58,910 bases of DNA, filler included, from Sphacelaria rigidula (GCA_964200075.2; 5 parts of 5 records of this genome joined end to end with filler, not necessarily neighbours in it), one strand, 5' to 3'. Counted from the first letter of the whole stretch, positions 12,053 to 24,251 are shown. Notes: generated from the letters alone by a model not told the origin. Made by a program: numbers and translations.

Positions 12053-14409
12053 CTTCATGAGGACGTCGCATATAGTCTCTGGCTTGGAGCTGAACAGCAT
12101 GTTTCGAAGAGGACCAGTAAGCCCTGGTCGAACGGAGCAAAATGTGTGGCAACGCGCGGTCAAAAAACACCGTTGAGCAACTAAACGGGACAGAAACGGG
12201 CCTGGCACAATGGTCAGGGCCTGACAGCCAGCACGCTTACACCCGGTGAAAAAGAATTGCTATCCGGCGCACGTGGTACATATTTCTGGGTAAGGCGACC
12301 TCCCTCCGAATTCCTTCATTCGCGTCCCTGAAAGGAGGCCAGAGGTAAGGAGGCATAGATGGGGAAGGGAGGGTGGGAGGTTGACGCCACGTCAAAAGGG
12401 GGGCACATGTGGTCCTATATGCAGCCTAATGCGTGACACATTGCGGAACAGTAGACGCATCATGCGAGTGAGCAAGTGCGACAAAATATCCGTAAAACCG
12501 AATCGAATCGAATCGAGGAGTAATGCGATCAGTGACAGGAACGCACGCACACGCGCAGGCGCGCTCTGCTCACCACAGCTAGCGAACTTGCACACCAGAC
12601 TCTCCTTCTTCACGAGCGATTCCAAGCGCTCCTTCAGGTTTGCAGCCTCCAGCTCACTGTCGCACTTCTCGAGCGCCTTCTCCAGGCTCTGTATGGTACT
12701 TCTGATGCTGCGGACCTGCCGGTACGGCCACCTCGGAATGCCGTACTGTCGACACGCGCGCTTTAGTTTGTTCAGCGAGATGCCTAGCGCTCGAGCGGCT
12801 GAGATTTTCGGCGGGAGGGGGAAGCGGGCAATGACATGCGCATGGGTCGGTGGGCGGGCAGTCGGAGTAGGTGGATCCATTCAGTTCAGCGGAGATACGA
12901 GTATAAGGACAAACAGATGAACGTCGATTTCCCAGCAAAAGCGAGAAGACAATACATTGCAAGGTAACTGGAATTTCTGCGTGTGTGGTCTCAAATGGTA
13001 CCCGAATGGTGGTATATTACTATATCCATACATGTTACCTGCTTGCATACAGTGTGCAGTACCCGTTCTCGTGGATTCAAAGACCAGGAATACTTGATCT
13101 CCGTGTTACCGACAACTAAGGAACGTAAAACAAAAACGCAGGATCGGCGGGATGGGGGGGGGAGGATTACCCCCCTTAAAATACTCATCAGATACCCTCT
13201 GGTGATAGAGCAAAAAATCGAGAAAACATCCGAGAGGTGCACCATGTGATTGTCCAATGAGATTGACCATTCGTCCCTGTGTACCAGCCTTCTCGCCTCA
13301 GATTCGGGAAACGTGGAGGGTTCGATTCTTGTTCCTAAGCTCACAACCTTACTTCTCGAGTAAACGTTTCATGGGCCAGAAGCCCGTATGCAGCAGACTA
13401 ATTGCGCCCGCCCAGTTGAGAAAGCAAACTGAGGAACATCATGTGCGTATTGAATATCCGCGCGCTACTAGGCACTATCGCGCAAATTTCACGAAGAGCT
13501 GTTCCCCGTACGTAGTGTGGACCGACAGCGAACGTATTGCGCATAAGTATGAGCCACTGCGGCTTCGGTGTTGGTGTGTAGTCCATGCGGAGTGCTGACT
13601 CAAAATTGGCCCATGTTAGGGGGGGTCGTCTTTTCTCATTTTCCCGAAACATCTTGTGTTCCGCGAGGAAAAAAAATACTTGTTCTCACAAATCTAAGGT
13701 GCTTCACTTTTTTGAACAGCTGCTCTACCATCGTCAATTACGATGACGCCGACTACCGGGCGGGAGGTGTTGCACCTGCCCCACGATGATATGGTACAGA
13801 GCAGGCTATGGGAGCTTTTCAATGGACAGGAAGGTGCTGGGTGGAAATAACCTCCTCCCGAAACCATCCTCTCGTAAACACCTGCCCTAGCACGGCATAC
13901 ATACAACGCATACCGTAGTAACGAATGAGGAGGTGCGAATGAAGCGAACGCAATAACACCGGCATGATTTTGCCTTGAACGAAAAAAACGAAATTGTGCC
14001 AAGAAAATACCAACAAGCCTCCTCTAGAACGAGCAATGCTGTCAACAAAACCGTCCAAAAACAATAAAAACAAACAGCACAGCTCGCTGTTCGGGCACAC
14101 CTTGCTCGAGAGACATGTGATAGTGCTGCTGTAAGGCCTCTAGGGGCGGACTATCATCTCCACTCCCCACCCCCAAGGGTTCCGCCAGCAGCGGTGAACT
14201 GAGATCCGCCTTTCCTTCCCCCTGCCCCCCCCCTGGTCTACTACCCACCCCTGCCGCGGACCCCCCTCCTGTTCCTGCCCCTCCACTGGCGCCGACGGCA
14301 GCGCTCATAGCATGATTTTGCAAGTCTGACATGGCCATATGCATTGATGAAGATATTGCTGCTGCCGCTGCAGCAGGGGAGACTGCGGCTCCTGGGTGCC
14401 CAGAATGTT

Positions 14410-14444
<35 letters not shown>

Positions 14445-14779
14445 TGGTACATCAACATAGCCGCAGCATGATATTGCTGTGCATGTGGCTGTGGCTGTGG
14501 CTGCTGAAGCAACAGAGGCTGATGTTGATGATGTGGAGCGGCGCCAGTCCCGTCGGGCTCCTGCGCCGTTGACTTCAAGTCCACCACAGCTCCCGCCTCA
14601 CCGACGCCGCCCCCGCCGCCCTCACCCGGTCTCTGTTGATGCTGGAGAGCAGCATGCACCCCAAGTAACCCCAGGCCATGTCCCGACATCACGCTCTGCT
14701 CCATGGCCCCTGGCTGCGTAAAATCTCCCATGACCATCCCGGGGGGAACCACCGCCCCCCCTGCTGCCACGGGGTACAT
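12053..14779 (-). CDS. RWP-RK domain transcription factor, 3' partial; exons 14779-14101, 12798-12574, 12123-12053
   Basis: Canonical GT-AG splicing with compatible phases gives ...LEALQQHYHMSLEQ-AARALGISLNKLKRACRQYGIPRWPYRQVRSI...KFASC-GLTGPLRNMLFSSKPETICDVLMK. The N-terminus is Q/H/A/G-rich. No stop codon is reached before the contig end. Confidence 0.9.
14406..14446 (-). repeat. Coding CAG/CAA microsatellite (polyQ)
   Basis: (ctg/ttg)n on the plus strand within RWP-RK exon 1. Confidence 0.9.
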
Positions 14780-15749
14780 TTGATAGTAGGGTGGCGCTGA
14801 TCCTAGAATGTCGCCCTGTGAAATTCAAATGTGGTGTGGGGGTGGGAGAGGGGGAAGGGGGAACGGGTGGGGGGGGACGGGGGGTTGTTTCGTGTCGACC
14901 GCAGCGATGCAGATAGCGCATGGCTCGGGCTTTTTTTTGTACAAGTAAATACGTGCAGCTGAATTTCGGCGAGCACGTCCGGCTATATGGTGGTGTCGAG
15001 CTAGAACCCTATAGTTGACATGTGCATGCAATAAATAGGATTTGCCGTCGAGACCATGACTCGTCCCGCAGGAAGAGAGGGTGCTATGGACCAACAACCG
15101 TCTGTATCTCATATCGCTGCGTCCTGCTACCCCTTTGTCACTTGGCAGGTGAATACGCCTTGGTGAATCTTGGATGCATACAATGGGCGGCACGTGTAAA
15201 GGAAATATGTCCCTTGATCAGTGTAGCTCCAAACTCACTACTCTAGCTGTGGAAAGCTTCGGGCATCTCGGAAATAGCGAGAATGGGCTATACTCGATCA
15301 GGCAGCCTTCATGCCAGCTTCGTAGGGGACCAGAAAGAGCTTGGGGCCTCGAGTATACCAAGCAGACCGTCAAGCGGTTACAATTCGCGTACGAGCTGAG
15401 CTAGCCCGTCGTAATCTCAAGGGGCTATCCGATTCTCCAGCATGCGTCAAAGCTACGTTGCCATTACTCCATTTCAGAATGAACGAGCGAGGTTCTGCTC
15501 CATCGTCTTTACACAACCGATGAACTGAATCCCAGACTCATAGCCCGTGGCGCGGTCCATACACCGTCCGCGCTCAACTCTCCCCAGTCATGTATCGCGT
15601 TAGCAAAGACGGCGATAGGTCTCAGAACATTTTTCACCTCAGAAGGTTGCGAACTCAGGAGATTGCAAAAGTGTAGTACCTCTGGTCGTTCAGCTGTCCC
15701 CAATCTTTCAAGGCCTTGGTGATATTTTGTTAGGTAAAGCGTTGCCGGT

Positions 15750-18141
15750 TCCCGGCTCGAGGGTTCCCTTACAGTTGTCAAGCTGGGTTCCAACACGGCC
15801 GAAGTTATCGATGATCATCAGCGCGGAGTTGACAGCGCGTCATCGACCAACTTCCAATCCCATTTTGCTTCGATCGTTGGGCATCTACAAGCACCATCGA
15901 GAGGTCACAGCATCGTCGCTGCGGTCTGGACATCTGGTGAAGTACCGCAGGAACGGAAAGATGTCACCATCAAAGTGATACACGAGAAAAATTGGACCGA
16001 GTGTGGTAACTGCGGGAGCACTTCACTCGTGGCACATGGTGCTGAAACTCTCCTCAAAACTGTTGCCAACAGCCTCTGTAATTTCTGTGAGGAAACAGAT
16101 ATCTTCCCGGAAGAGCAGTGCGGATTCCGGCGCCAACAATCGATCACGGACGTGATGTTCCTAGTACGCCGACTACAGGAATTGGGACGGGTGGGCAATG
16201 TCCCACTAAACATGTGATTTATAGATCTGCAGGAAGCCTACGATTCCGTAGACCGCACGCTCCTTAGGACAGTGCTTGCTAGGTTCGGAGTCCCGTCGCG
16301 AATGATCACGATCATCCGTATGTTTCACGACGGCATGCGAGCTCGAGCACGGCTAGATAATGGCGACCTATCTGTGGGGTTCCACGTCTGCAAAGGACTC
16401 AAACACAGTTGCGTTTCGTGCACGCTGTTCAACATCTCCGGCGCAGCCTTGGTCGACGTGATCGTACAGCCGTTCTTAGCGGGCCCAGTCATCGTGTCCG
16501 ACTTGGTTTTTCGACATGATGAAGCGGTCGCTCCGGTGGCTCAGTTGGTAACCTCGGAATCTTCTGACGGTTGGATCGTGGGTTCGAATCTCGGTGCAGT
16601 CACACGATCCGAGATCTTTCTCGCACCATGCCCGACGGTGGAAAGCGACTATCATGTCGTGGGTACACAAAATTCGACTTCACGGTCGACGGGGAGAATA
16701 GAGTGCTGAACCCCTCTCGCGATGAAAAGGCGAGCATCACAGCAGGAAGGTGGAATACTAAAGCAACATAAAAGAGAAAAAAAACTCCCGTGTTGGCCTT
16801 CCTCTTGTGTGACGGCGGCTGATGCACCCACATATACCGAAAGGTGTAGACTGGCGTCCAGAATAGATGGGACGACAACAAACACACACACACACATGCG
16901 CCAAAAGGTGACGATGGTGTACTCCTGGACGCGACGCCGCTGGAGAAGGTACGGCACGCGGTGTGAGCAATGCTGTATGCGGTCGACGCCGGCATAGTCT
17001 CGAGGACCCCAGACGGTCTTGCTCGAATGATGGTCGTGGTAGTGGTGAACAGCCAGGAGTTCGGACTGACAGTATCGGAGAGCAAGACAGAGTCCATGCC
17101 CCTGTGGTCAGTACCTAGTTCCACGGAGGCCGCCCTGCGCACCAGGGCGGCCGTTCAACGGTACAAGCATACGGCCAAGTTCATCTACCTTGGTGATGCT
17201 GTCAGTACGAATGCGAAAATGTCCATCGAAATCAATCTCCGCATCAGCGCAGCGTGGGCACGTCTCCGAAAATATAGTTCCCAACTCCAAGATCAACCCA
17301 GCGCTCAGCTATCGTTGAAAGCCGGGCTGCTTGAAGCGGAGGCGGTGGAAGCTCGGTTGTACGGGAGTGTCACATGAGCTCTACGTTCTGAGGATTTCGA
17401 CAGTCTGCGCACTGCCCATCACAAGCTTTTGCTGCGAGTGGTTGGATTCTGCAGGAAATATCGAAAGGGCTCCAAAACTCTTTCGTACAGAGCTGTGCTC
17501 TAGATGACCAACTGCGAACGTATCGAGACGACCATCCGCAAACCTCAGCTCTGGTGCGCGGGAGGCCTTGTCCGGCAGAACGAAACACGCCTTCCCAAAC
17601 GCACCATGAACCGACACTTAAACACACGAGGGCCTATGGCGGCTGGCCGCCCCCCCCCAAACACTGGGAGGAAGACCTGCAGGGAAACCTACGTACACTA
17701 GGGGCTATTCCGCACTAAAGAGCGCCACGGAAATGGCTCGTCTACGGTGCAGAGGTCAAGGACGCATACGAGTGGGTCACTGCGACGAATAACATGGGCA
17801 AATGGTATCTTGGAGTCGAGAGAGGGCGGAGGAGTTTGCGGACACGTGGCGACGCGAAGATAAACAAGAATCGGGCCGTCGACACATAAGAGAGGTTGCT
17901 GCGTCGAGAGTCGCCAATCGGAGAGTCTTGTCAGTCCCCATCAGTTGCTGATTCTGTCCTTGGTTGGTAGTTCTGCGGTGCCCCCTGGTGTGTTCCGTAC
18001 CTGCTCTGCTGCTCTGAATCCGTTGGGCTTCACCAATTCTATAGTCTCCTGCGCCTCTGTTCTCTCTGTCCCCATCTTTCTCTCCATATGTCGCACAACG
18101 AATGACCTCAAGTACGGAACCAGATTCTAAAAAAAAAAAAA
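15750..18141 (+). mobile_element. 5'-truncated, decayed LINE (RTE-like non-LTR retrotransposon) with poly(A) tail
   Basis: VWTSGEVPQE, PEEQCGFR, FIDLQEAYDSVDR, LARFGVP..FHDGM, MLYAVD (YADD position), FIYLG, RLPKR. A13 tail at 18129-18141. Many stops. Confidence 0.92.
16519..16893 (+). mobile_element. tRNA-derived SINE inserted in the LINE RT region
   Basis: A box TGGCTCAGTTGG, B box GGTTCGAATC, (CA)n tail. Flanked by ACATG at 16514-16518 and 16894-16898; LINE protein similarity resumes afterwards. Confidence 0.85.
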
Positions 18142-18528
18142 GTAGCCGTCGGGAATCGAAGTCGTGACCTTCCCCCCTTGTGGAAGTCTCTCATGCCAAA
18201 TAGACAACGCAGTGCAGCAGCGGTGTCACAGAAAGTGGAAAGCCCTACCCAATAGTCTACCCAAGAGTAGAAGTCTTGACTCGAGATGTCACAAGGGCCT
18301 CCTACAGACGAGTTAGGGTTTCTTCTTCACGCAGGAATCAGCGATGTCCCCCCCCATCGAGTCATTACATTTCCTTTTTTAACAACATACCTCTTACACC
18401 AGTTAGGCATCGAGGTGCAGCGGTGTCGCACAAAAGTGAAATGCCCTGCGCGAATTCAGAATTTGAAGGCGAGAATTTGCAAGGACCTTTGACACGCAAG
18501 CAAAAAATTGCTTTCAGTCAATCGGGTC

Positions 18529-18842
18529 TGTGTGTGTGTGTGTGTGTCATCCCATTTATTCACGTTTACACAAGAGGAAGATCAACACAGGGGCTTTTCT
18601 TCTTCCACTCCACCTTCCTTCTGCAGTGCTCGCCTCATTTTTCACAGCGAGAACGGTTCGGCGATCCCTTTCCCTCGTCGGCGATGAAATCAAATTTTGG
18701 ACCTCCTGTCCTTACGACATGGTCGCTCTCCATTGTTTGGCACGATGTGAGAGAAAATCCCAGATCATATGACTTCCACAGAGATTCGAACCCACATCCC
18801 AACAGTCAGAAGGTCTCGAGGCTACCGATTGAGTTACCGGGG
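18529..18842 (-). mobile_element. SINE copy, same family, diverged
   Basis: (TG)n followed by the reverse complement of the body of the 16519 copy; GATTCGAACC (B box complement) at ~18783. Confidence 0.8.
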
Positions 18843-19119
18843 TTGGGTTACAGTGCAATCTGAACTTTGTTTTTTTCAGAACTCTCTTCAAGGCAGTTGT
18901 CTGGACAGATAAGGTCGTGCCTTAGCACATCATTATATCGAAAAAGCCGTTGGGAACGAAAAAGTTCGATCTGAGATGTTGTCATTCCGAGATAAATGAC
19001 GTGGGCACAAATGACGACCTATCAGATCGGAATTATTATTTCCCGTCGCACTTCTTGGATCGCAAAACCATTTGCTAGGGTCATTTCTCTGTGTAAAGAA
19101 GTGTTATTAATAGCTGCCT

Positions 19120-19200
19120 TTTTGGTCCTTTTGCGTCGTTTTCCACCCGAAAAGAGGACTCGGTGGATGTTGACACCTTGGAATAACTTGCTCTACTCGC
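19120..19200. repeat. Fragment of the foldback MITE family at 49409-49877
   Basis: tttggtcc..cgtcgttttcc.cccgaaaagagg...ggaat.acttgctctactcgc is shared with 49456-49534. Confidence 0.7.
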
Positions 19201-20274
19201 CCCTGGGGGGTCAGTGAAAGTGCGACAATCAATGGAATCAACCATCAACTCGTTGAGATTGTTCCAGGAAACCTTTGCGTTCTCCCGTGCTGCAAGCTCG
19301 CTGCACTGTAGTACTCGGTTGTACGGGCAGCACAGACAACATTACAGACACCACTGTTGTGTTGTATGCGTTGGATGTACTACAGTAGTAGCACTACCTA
19401 ATCTTATAGTCTTGTGTGTACTGTCAGTCCGGCCCTGTCTCTAGAAGGCTTGGGTGCGTGGGCAGTCTGTAAAGCATTGCGACGGCTGTTCGCAACACGC
19501 TGCGTGCACAGATCTGAAGTGAGCCACAATATTGTACGGACGACATACAGCATAGACTGTCCTGTCTGTACAGCACTCGTCACCGACGCTACCCTCTGCT
19601 GTTCTCGTGGGGTAAAGGGCCACCAAGCTACTGGCGAGCGAAGGACAATGATGCAACACGCTGAATGCCCGCGAGCACCAGCGACAGCAGTAGTGATGGC
19701 AGCAAAGCCATCACCGGTGCTGCCGTGGGCTACAATGTGTGTTCAAACGCTTTCTCGATTACATTTTTCTGATAACTTTGGGCTGTCGGAAAATATTTTC
19801 AGGAAATTTCCTATCAGAAAACCTTTCTGATCACATAATAAGTGGGTTTGTGGTCACTTATCAGAAAACGCGTTTTCTGATAGAGGTTTCTTTATACACG
19901 AGAAGTAGCCTTATAGCATTTTTCTAGTTTTTGCAGAAACTTCAAATCGCTCTAACTGCATGTTTTCTTTCTTTTTGGCATCCACCGGGAAGTTTGGCGC
20001 AGTGATGAAGAAAATATTGAGTCATATTTCAGCGCTCAACGCTTCGAATTTCCCTCCACCCGGCCCGGACACATTCGCAAATCCCTGTCAGCTTCGTTTG
20101 TTTGCCATGAGAAATGACCTTCGAGGTGGAGGGATCACGCCTCGCTGACGACAGTATGCGGTGTGTACGCTATATTTTGGGCAGTGACCTCGCGCGCCAC
20201 CGCAGCTATAACGCCATGCACATGTTTAAAACATCTTCTCTGCTGACAGGCAACGCTGTTGTTTCCACAAAAGA

Positions 20275-20275
<1 letters not shown>

Positions 20276-20344
<69 letters not shown>

Positions 20345-20890
20345 GTCGTATCTGTTCTGGACGCCGGGCTACACACACGCGGCCATTCGGCTACACCCCA
20401 AAATGCCTCCGGAGGGATGCGCGGTCCACCAGGGGGAAAACAAGCCTCCGGAGGCCTTCAATCCCTCTGGAGGGGACCAAACTCTACCAACCCGGAGGGC
20501 CGCGCACCCCTCCGGAGACGTTCAATTCCTCTGGAGGCTCGAAAAGTGTACCCACCTGGAGGAAGTTTGGAGGTAGCCAAATGGCCGCGTGTGCACCTTT
20601 CGGTATTTGTGGGCGCATCAGCCGGGGTCACACAGGAAGAAGGGCAGCACAGGAGTTCCTTTTGTTTTTTTCTATTCAATCTTCCTCCTGCGGTGCTTGT
20701 CTTTCTTTTTTATCGCGAGAGGGATTCAGCAGTCCCTTTCCCTCGTCGAACGTAAAGTCGCCTGTGGTGTACCCACGACATGGTCGCTCTCCACTGATGG
20801 GTATGAGAAAAATCCCAGATCGCTCCGAGATTCGAGCCCGCGACCCAACCGTCAGAGGGTTTCAAGGTTACCAACTGAGCCACCGGGGCG
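20276..20890 (-). mobile_element. SINE copy, same family, with long (TG)n tail and a nested MITE
   Basis: The reverse complement starts GCCCCGGTGGCTCAGTTGG...GGCTCGAATC and the body matches the 16519 copy. Confidence 0.85.
20374..20593. mobile_element. 220-bp MITE with CAC...GTG termini and 2-bp TSD (CMC/CACTA-like)
   Basis: TIRs CACACGCGGCCATTCGGCTAC / GTAGCCAAATGGCCGCGTGTG. CA is duplicated relative to the empty site (ctacaccttt) in the other SINE copies. Internal repeated CCTCCGGAGG-like motifs. Confidence 0.8.
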
Positions 20891-21164
20891 AAGAGCGTGG
20901 GAGAATATACTTACGACTACGAACACAACTGAACGCGGCGCAATTGCCGCCGGCTTATCTTGGATATCGACTTCCTTTGTATCTGGTACGCTTTTCGACC
21001 GTATCTCATGTGTCCCAACACACCGCACCGAGATGGCAATATTTCGATACACACAACAGCTGCAGCGACAGATCAAGTTGCTCTGTGTAGCTAAGACGCA
21101 TATCTATCAGCCCTCGACTTCGCGGCTGCGCATACCCTTCCCTCACATGGAAATGTTGCACGTA

Positions 21165-22470
21165 TAGGATAGCTCATGAGCTAGCTCATCTGCGGGCGGT
21201 AGCTCACTTCTAGTCAGACATGTACAAGTGAGCTACGTCCGATAGCTCAACACAAGGTAAACGTGTGCTGATGAGCTACGAGTTGGTTGCTCACCCAGGA
21301 CAAACATGCGTAGCTCATGCAGCTCTCATAGCTCACCCAGGGCGAATATGAGCTGATGAGCTACGGGTTGGTAGCTCACCTATTGCAAATGTGCGTAGCT
21401 CATACAGATCCCACAGCACACTCAGGACGAATATGAGCTGATGAGCTACGGGTTGATAGCTCACCCAAAACGGACATGTGTCGATCACGCAGCTCTTGTA
21501 GCTCACCCGGGGAAAACATGAGCGGATGAGCTACGCCTGGTAGCTCATCCCAGGGACACATGGTCGTGGCTCACTCACGTCATATGCCTAGCTCGCCGCT
21601 GGCCAACCCCATGTAGCTTATGTTGTAGCATTCTTGTTCAAACGGATGGCGCCACATATCAGTAGCTTCGATGTTTTGCCTCACTCTTCGCGATGGGAAG
21701 ATAAGAAGTCAACATATACCCTCGTTCGCTTGGTCGGATGGTTGAAAAAAGTATCAATGTTCAGTGTCTACAATAATCGACCGATTCATTTCTTTTGATC
21801 GCCTGGCCGCGAGGGTACGAGTCCGTCTGGTCATGCATACGTTTTTCAAGTGAAATTGGACCCGATTCAACAGATGACTCATGCTCGCCGTCAAGGGGTT
21901 AGCCCTTTGACCGCGAGGGTTGGCGATCTGATGAATCAGCATAATATTTCACTTTATTTTTCGGGTGTGAATGATGCCGATTCAGAGACCTCCTACCCTC
22001 GCGGTCAAGGGGATGAGCAATCGTAGCTCTCATAGCTCTCATAGCTCATCCAGGGCGAACATGTGTAGTTCATGCATTTCTCATAGGAGCTCATCCGGGG
22101 CAAACATGTGTAGCTCATGCATTTCTCATACCTCATCCGGGGCAAACATGCGTAGCTCATGCAGCTCTCATAGCTCACCCAGAGCAAACATGCGTAGCTC
22201 ATGCAGCTCTCGTAGCTCACCCAGGACGAATCTGAGTTGATGAGCTACGGGTTGGTAGCTCATCCAGGGGAAACATGCGTAGCTCATGCAGCTCTCATAG
22301 CTCATCCAGGACGAGTCTGAGCTGATGAGCTACGGGTTGGTGGCTCACCTATCGCAAATGTGCGTAGCCCATGCAGCTCTTACGGCTCACCCCAGGAAAA
22401 ACATGCGAAGCTCATGTAGCTCTCACAGCTCACGAGGGAGCTACGGTCAAAAAGAGCTAACTCGAGCTAT
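21165..22470. repeat. AGCT-rich minisatellite of two ~38-39-bp unit types, interrupted at ~21600-22012
   Basis: Units like CAAACATGCGTAGCTCATGCAGCTCTCATAGCTCACCCAGG and ACGAATCTGAGCTGATGAGCTACGGGTTGGTAGCTCACC are repeated many times. Confidence 0.9.
21903..22012. mobile_element. Short MITE with piggyBac-like CCC...GGG termini; decayed second copy at ~21797-21898
   Basis: TIRs CCCTTTGACCGCGAGGGT / ACCCTCGCGGTCAAGGGG. Flanks ttag/atga only loosely resemble TTAA. Confidence 0.6.
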
Positions 22471-23512
22471 AAGGACCTGATCTGTCCGACGTGTGAAACG
22501 TTACGTATAGTAAGGTTCATCTATTGCAATTTCCGCACCATCCCGAGAACTCATTGGTGCAATTTTGATATTAAACAGTGGCCATTAGCAATTATGACCT
22601 GCCTGTTGAGTTTCGGCTGGCTGCCATCCGTGCAGCGCGAGTTATCTGGAATCGCGTGTGGGTCGGCCATATTGGAAGATTACTTTTGGGCTTGTACAGA
22701 TTTCGTCGCCTTTTTTCCCGGTCATCCGTCGATCGTTCGTGTGCTGTACTCGATGGAATTGAACCGGACTTCGATGGAGGGATTTCTAAGGATAAGTCCT
22801 ACAGCTGTGCATCACCATAGTTGACATTATCTTACCCTGTCGACTTATTTTACTTCACCAAGTCGTGTTTTGGGGGTGGTGGTGAAAACGTGACACTAAA
22901 CTGGGCGAAACACTGGAGATTAAACATGTGTGGGGCATGCGCATTAGCCCGTTCGCGGGTGCGGCTGGTGCTACGGCGCTGACTGAGCAAGTGAGCCGCA
23001 CCCGCGAGCGCGCTACTCTGCATGCTCTGCACGTTCTTCATACTCACACGTATCGAAATCCCCGAGAGCACTGCATCATATTTTTTATTTTTTATTTCCC
23101 AAACATTTTAGTATCGGACTTTCGGAACAGAACCAAGTGCACTACTACCTATCCTCTTTGCCACACCCTTGGGTTATGGACGGGCACCGAGTTCATGGGT
23201 ACGGGTCGTTATTTAGTCATTAAACTAAAATCATCGATTTTTTCGTTGTTTTCCATGCTTCTCGAACGGATTCAACCCTGAGTTTCTGTGTTGATGGACA
23301 CACGTGCGCTACTCACGCCCTATGTGGCGCAGAGAGGTCAAAAAGATTAACCCTTTTGGGACTGAAGCTCACCAACACTGCGTTCACGACGTGTTAGTAA
23401 AATAAAAATAAACAAGTCTAGGAGCGACCTGTCCAATCAGGGCGAGGCGAGATTTATCGACCACATCAAAACGACCAGTGGGGGGGGGGCTGTTGCCGGG
23501 AGTGATGTCACT

Positions 23513-23612
23513 NNNNNNNNNNNNNNNNNNNNNNNNNNNNNNNNNNNNNNNNNNNNTTAATTAATTAANNNNNNNNNNNNNNNNNNNNNNNNNNNNNNNN
23601 NNNNNNNNNNNN
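23513..23612. other. Artificial contig-joining spacer
   Basis: 44 N + TTAATTAATTAA + 44 N. Confidence 0.98.
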
Positions 23613-23660
23613 GTGGGGAAAGCACTGTTTTAGGCTTGAACCTCATCTCGGAGTTAAACC

Positions 23661-24251
23661 TCAATTCGCACAATTTGTTGTTGCCTGCTTAAATTCCGCC
23701 GGTCCCAGACCCTCCACCATCGCTTTGGTGACCACCGCAGCGGGCCCTGGGCGAAATTTCCCACCGGACGAACGATAAATCATCTCCACGTTGGGATTTT
23801 CCGCAACATACGTTTCCAACTTACCCATTATGGGCTCCACCCTCTCACGCATGGTCCTCCCCTTGTGGTTCATCGCGACAGCCTTTGCCACGGCCGCGGA
23901 CGCCTGAGTAAGCTCTACCTCCGCGCCTGCCGCATGCCCTGCGTGCTTCTTTACCGCTGCGGCCAACTGCAGTGGCGTTATGGTATGCTTTTCATGGAAC
24001 CGTCTCGCGAAGACGCGTTGCAAGGGTGTTGGTACTAATTGCGCCATCGAAACCACCTGATGCCTCACCGCACCCCCTGCATTCGCATGCTCCAACCTCC
24101 TTTTGTATTCCATATATCTTGTGTAAAACGATCGAGAGGCACCCTCATAATATAAACTCCCGTAACTGGGCGGCCGCAACTCTTCCCTTAGAACGACTGG
24201 GGTTACAGTTGTTTCTGCTGGCTCTATTATTGGTGCTTCCATAGTCGACAT
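23661..24251 (-). mobile_element. Probable gag-like ORF at the 5' end of a retroelement truncated by the contig end
   Basis: Intronless ATG-initiated 196-aa ORF with helical gag-like composition (FYTRYMEYKRRLE). About 600 bp of non-coding leader ends at a (TA)n tract (~24850). No diagnostic motif seen. Confidence 0.5.

Noticed and set aside
16530..16605. Possible tRNA gene
   Set aside because: A and B boxes are present but there is no clear cloverleaf; it is the head of a repeated SINE.
18140..18215. tRNA-like sequence on the minus strand (TTCGATTCCCG); similar motif at ~57198
   Set aside because: Only a T-loop-like motif is visible and the stems do not pair convincingly.
20114..21167. Long ORFs with (CV)n repeats
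   Set aside because: They are products of the (TG)n SINE tail and the nested MITE.
21971..22240. Ser/Cys/His repeat ORF and CRISPR-like appearance of the array
   Set aside because: The ORF is a translation of the minisatellite. There are no unique spacers and no cas genes, and the context is eukaryotic.
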